DNA of 53,386 nt, taken from the NCBI RefSeq assembly GCF_001194135.2, contig NC_068982.1, positions 150,125,284 through 150,178,669 on the forward strand, in the 5' to 3' direction. The notes under the pieces are model-generated. The model saw only the letters and a list, made by a program, of their open reading frames with translations. It was not told the DNA's origin and searched no databases. Numbering within the stretch: the first letter of the stretch is position 1; each line of letters begins with the position of its first letter. Below, one piece after another: positions 49,895 through 53,386 of the stretch. Both the position numbers and the translations under genes were made by a program. The DNA comes from Octopus bimaculoides (taxonomy: Eukaryota).

Positions 49895-50248
49895 GGAGGC
49901 GCAATGGCCCAGTGGTTAGGGCAGCGGACTCGCGGTCATAGGATCGCGGTTTCGATTCCCAGACCGGGCGTTGTGAGTGTTTATTGAGCGGAAACACCTA
50001 AATCTCCACGAGGCTCCGGCAGGGGATGGTGGCGAACCCTGCTGTACTCTTCCACCACAACTTTCTCTCACTCTTTCTTCCTGTTTCTGTTGTACCTGTA
50101 TTTCAAAGGGCCAGCCTTGTCACACTACGTTAAGGGTACACGTGTCTGTGGATTGCTCAGCCACTTGCACATTAATTTCACGAGCAGACTGTTCCGTTGA
50201 TCGGATCGACTGGAACCCTCGACGTCGTAAGCGACGGAGTGCCAACAA
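49895..50248 (+). mobile_element. tRNA-derived SINE family B with 13-bp TSD
   Basis: CTACCGCATGTTA at 49882-49894 and 50249-50261; A and B boxes; ~27-bp deletion relative to the 19590 copy. Confidence 0.95.
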
Positions 50249-51506
50249 CTACCGCATGTTACCTCTGATAAAACAACCTATGGGATGGCCAAGGCATTCC
50301 AGCCTTTACCATCCCGTTTTATTTTTTCAAACAGTGTATGTAGAATCATAGTTTCCAGTGCTGTTCTATTTTAAGGTGTTGGGGTTTGGTCAGAGGGAAA
50401 AGATAGCTGTTTTTTCTAGCAGTTCTAGTATCCATGTAGAGACTTCCTTATTTGTTCGTCGTTGACAATGATATTGACAATGATGATTATAACTTTATAA
50501 TTGGAGTAATCAAAGAGAAGAATCTAATTATAAAATATAATTTTATAAAACAAAGTGAAAACAAACAGTTATCAGGTGATGATTAAAAGAAGAAATTCTT
50601 CTTCTTCACTTCCCTTCTTGCCAATTCATCTTATTGATTCTAAATGAACATAAAATAAATCAGATAAAACTGACTGAATATTTTCTTCAAAATTATCAAT
50701 TTTGCTTTTCTTTCATTTTGATTGAAGAAATATACTTGATATTTATTTGCATAGCTGTTTTTGTCTTCATTTATTTCTTACATAGTCGAATGTGCGTGTG
50801 TGCGTGTGTGTGGTTTGTTATTTGAAAGTATCTTGGTAGTTTTTACCTTTTCTTTTAAAAAAATAGTATTTCCATGTTTCTATTTGTTCCATATGCAAAA
50901 GAAAAATCTTTGGTTAACTTTCTTTCAAAGTATTCTGCCAAATTATAGAAACTTGAACGAGTGGTAAGTAGAATGCAGGCCATTTCTTGAATCGATTATA
51001 AAGAGAGAATTTGAATAATACCATTCTGATTTTTTTCCACTTAATTATTTATTACAATTTAGTCATTAGTAAATGGAGAGATTCTAGTTTAAAATTTAAG
51101 TTTATTTTAACGAAAACTTCTATGCTTTACGGAACAAAAATTTGGAATTTATGGCATTCGTTTCTTTTCTATGGACAGCCACCCATCAAAATATTCTACT
51201 GATACCCATGGAACGGTATATAAAATCACAGCCAGCTTGATTTAGACTCGATCAGTCATCTTTTCTCCATGGAAGAAAGTAGACCTCTAGCCCCATACGA
51301 ACAGGGATCAATTTTCCATCTCGATAGCTCTCTGGTATAACAGTACAAAAGAGAATCCGAGCTCTAACACGCACTTTTCCTATCACAGAAAGTTCTTGAC
51401 TTGAATGAGGTTATATCTATATCTTCTGCTGGTTGATGTTTGAAAAGTTGATTAACATTTTGATTGTTTATCGTGTATGGGATCAGAAACATTACAGATC
51501 AATGTG

Positions 51507-51800
51507 TGCAGGTATAAACGAGTGGTTAAGAAGTTCGCCTCACTGTCATGAAGTCTTGGGCTCGATTGCTCTTCATGGTTTTTTTTTGGGGGGGGGGGGG
51601 TTGACAAGTATTTTTTACACTAGCTTCGAGTTGACCAAAGTTTTGCGAGTAAAACTGGACTGATGAAAACACTGTTCAAGTCCATTAAACAGCTTGCTTT
51701 ATCACACTGCATACCACGCTGATTCTACTTAAAGATTATGTTAAGGTAAAGTGTACACATATTTGTGAAATACTCAGATATTATGACTAGATAGATTAAT
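51507..51800 (+). mobile_element. Degenerate SINE with family-A-like head and family-B-like 3' block
   Basis: GAGTGGTTAAGAAGTTCGC, GAGTTGACCAAAGTTTTGCGAG; TATGTTAAGG...GTACACAT...ACTCAG resembles TACGTTAAGGGTACACGTG...CTCAG of family B. Confidence 0.45.
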
Positions 51801-51970
51801 AATTAGGTATTTCAATTGGCCAAATAACTGGAACACTCATCTACAAAATCGTCAAAGAATCCATTTACTTTAAAAGACAATAAATAATAAGAATGAGCTA
51901 CATTTCCCGGTCTTACCCAGATTTAGGAATACCGAAAACAAATAAAATGAATTTAATGTATCTCGACTAT

Positions 51971-52159
51971 ATAACTTTAAAAATATTGGTTTTTGCTTAG
52001 CGGTATAGCCGATTCGTCAAACTCAAATGGCCGAAAGCAAATAACCTCTCTACAACCACGTAGAGAGGTTATGTGCCTTCGACCATTTGAACCTGACGTT
52101 GTTGTTTATAGGTGTGAAACCAATGGTCACTCTCTGACCGTCCATAACTTTAAAAATAT
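51971..52159. mobile_element. 157-bp insert flanked by 16-bp direct repeats, containing an 84-nt hairpin
   Basis: ATAACTTTAAAAATAT at 51971-51986 and 52144-52159; hairpin 52015-52098. Confidence 0.8.
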
Positions 52160-52759
52160 ATATATAATGGCAATCTTCAATTGGTTTCGGAACATTTATT
52201 CACTAATAATTGTTGCATCCAAGCAATTCAGTAGAAGGTTGGAGTAGATCTTTAAAATTGCACATAGAAATAAGCATAGATCCTGAAATAAAATTTTATT
52301 CAAACATTTTACCCCATTCTTGGGAAAACATGCATTTTTCTTTCGAAATATTGTACTAATTTACATAATTACTCTGTATGAGTAATTGGTGCCTTGGTGC
52401 CAAACTGTGGCTTATAACTTGAAACATGCATACATTCACATGCGTCTGTACTTCTATGTTAAGACTTGCAGAGGTATTCGGTACTGTCCCGCTGTTGTAT
52501 CAAAGTAATATCATTCAGTAATCTTCTGAGTTTTACTTGAGATTTATTGATGATCAAAGTGAAGCTAAGTCTGACTGAAAATAGAAGTCTTTTAAATTCA
52601 AATAGCAACTCACAAATGACTCTTGCGATATACTGGTAATAAAACAATTGTCCACAGCAAATTTTCTCGGCATAATTGTAACACCCAGATCATAGGACAT
52701 CTTATTTTTGAAGCTAACTCTTGTGTTGTTCCAAATTCAGAGGGTCTAAGTTATGGTTT

Positions 52760-53255
52760 GATTTGATATTTGGCTGCTATTTCTACCAGCTCTCGCTACT
52801 ATTTAGTGTCGGCCACCCTTTTTAGTCCATATAAATACGCATTACGTAAAACAGCAGGGTGTGGTCTGAAGGTTTGGATGATATTGCTAGCGGGTTCTGG
52901 TAATTTGAGGAGAATCCCATGCTGGCACTTACAAATATTCATACATGAGTCGTTGTTATAAGAGGATGAGTTAGCTACAATTTCGAGCAGGTCGAGGTAC
53001 AGCATTGAGCCTTACCTTATTGGATCATATATATATTACATATACACATACGTAAAGCATTAAATGTGATTCTAAGGAGATTAGCTGTTATTTCTATCAG
53101 CGCTAACTAATGTATAAAGGGTTCTCTTGTTGGCTCATACATGCAGTATGACATACAGTATGACAGTAACGTGTTATTTGAGGGAGCTGGGGCTGCTATT
53201 TCTATCCGATTTGATTAAAATATGAAGATCTCCCTCGTTGTCTCATACATACGTG
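52760..53255 (+). repeat. Degenerate tandem array, ~100-bp unit (4-5 units)
   Basis: Repeated TG.(G/T)ATTTGAGGGAG..T.GGCTGCTATTTCTA.C.G...CTC.TTG.CTCATACAT blocks near 52760, 52960, 53065 and 53170. Confidence 0.65.
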
Positions 53256-53333
53256 TGTGTGAGAGAGAAAGAGAGAGTGTGTGTGTAAGAGAGAGAGAGA
53301 GAGAGAGTGTGTGTAAGAGAGAGAGAGAGAGAG

Positions 53334-53386
<53 letters not shown>
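53256..53386. repeat. (GA)n/(TG)n microsatellite
   Basis: Direct reading. Confidence 0.95.

Overview
Eukaryotic, AT-rich, repeat-saturated, gapped draft sequence with seven N-runs, mostly flanked by microsatellites. The SINE families and microsatellite density look like a cephalopod (Octopus-type) genome; this is an inference from recalled repeats, not a search. No host protein-coding gene, rRNA, true tRNA or CRISPR array is supported. Most track ORFs are microsatellite translations or antisense/frameshifted TE pieces. Contents: (i) DNA transposon relics: one Tc1 and one mariner with intact TIRs and TA duplications, a fold-back mariner derivative, a mariner MITE, a Tigger/pogo remnant and a Helitron helicase end; (ii) non-LTR retroelement relics: L1/Tx1 APE endonuclease, Penelope RT, RTE RT, and many R4/Dong-like RLE fragments; (iii) at least four tRNA-derived SINE families plus a ~550-bp non-tRNA element bounded by (AAT)n; (iv) several minimal type-I hammerhead-ribozyme-like motifs and fold-back structures. 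Most notable are two nests of (AAT)n-delimited retroelements, an 84-nt near-perfect hairpin inside a 16-bp direct-repeat-flanked insert, the hammerhead motifs, and a head-to-tail SINE array. Coordinates were counted by hand; degenerate element ends are approximate.
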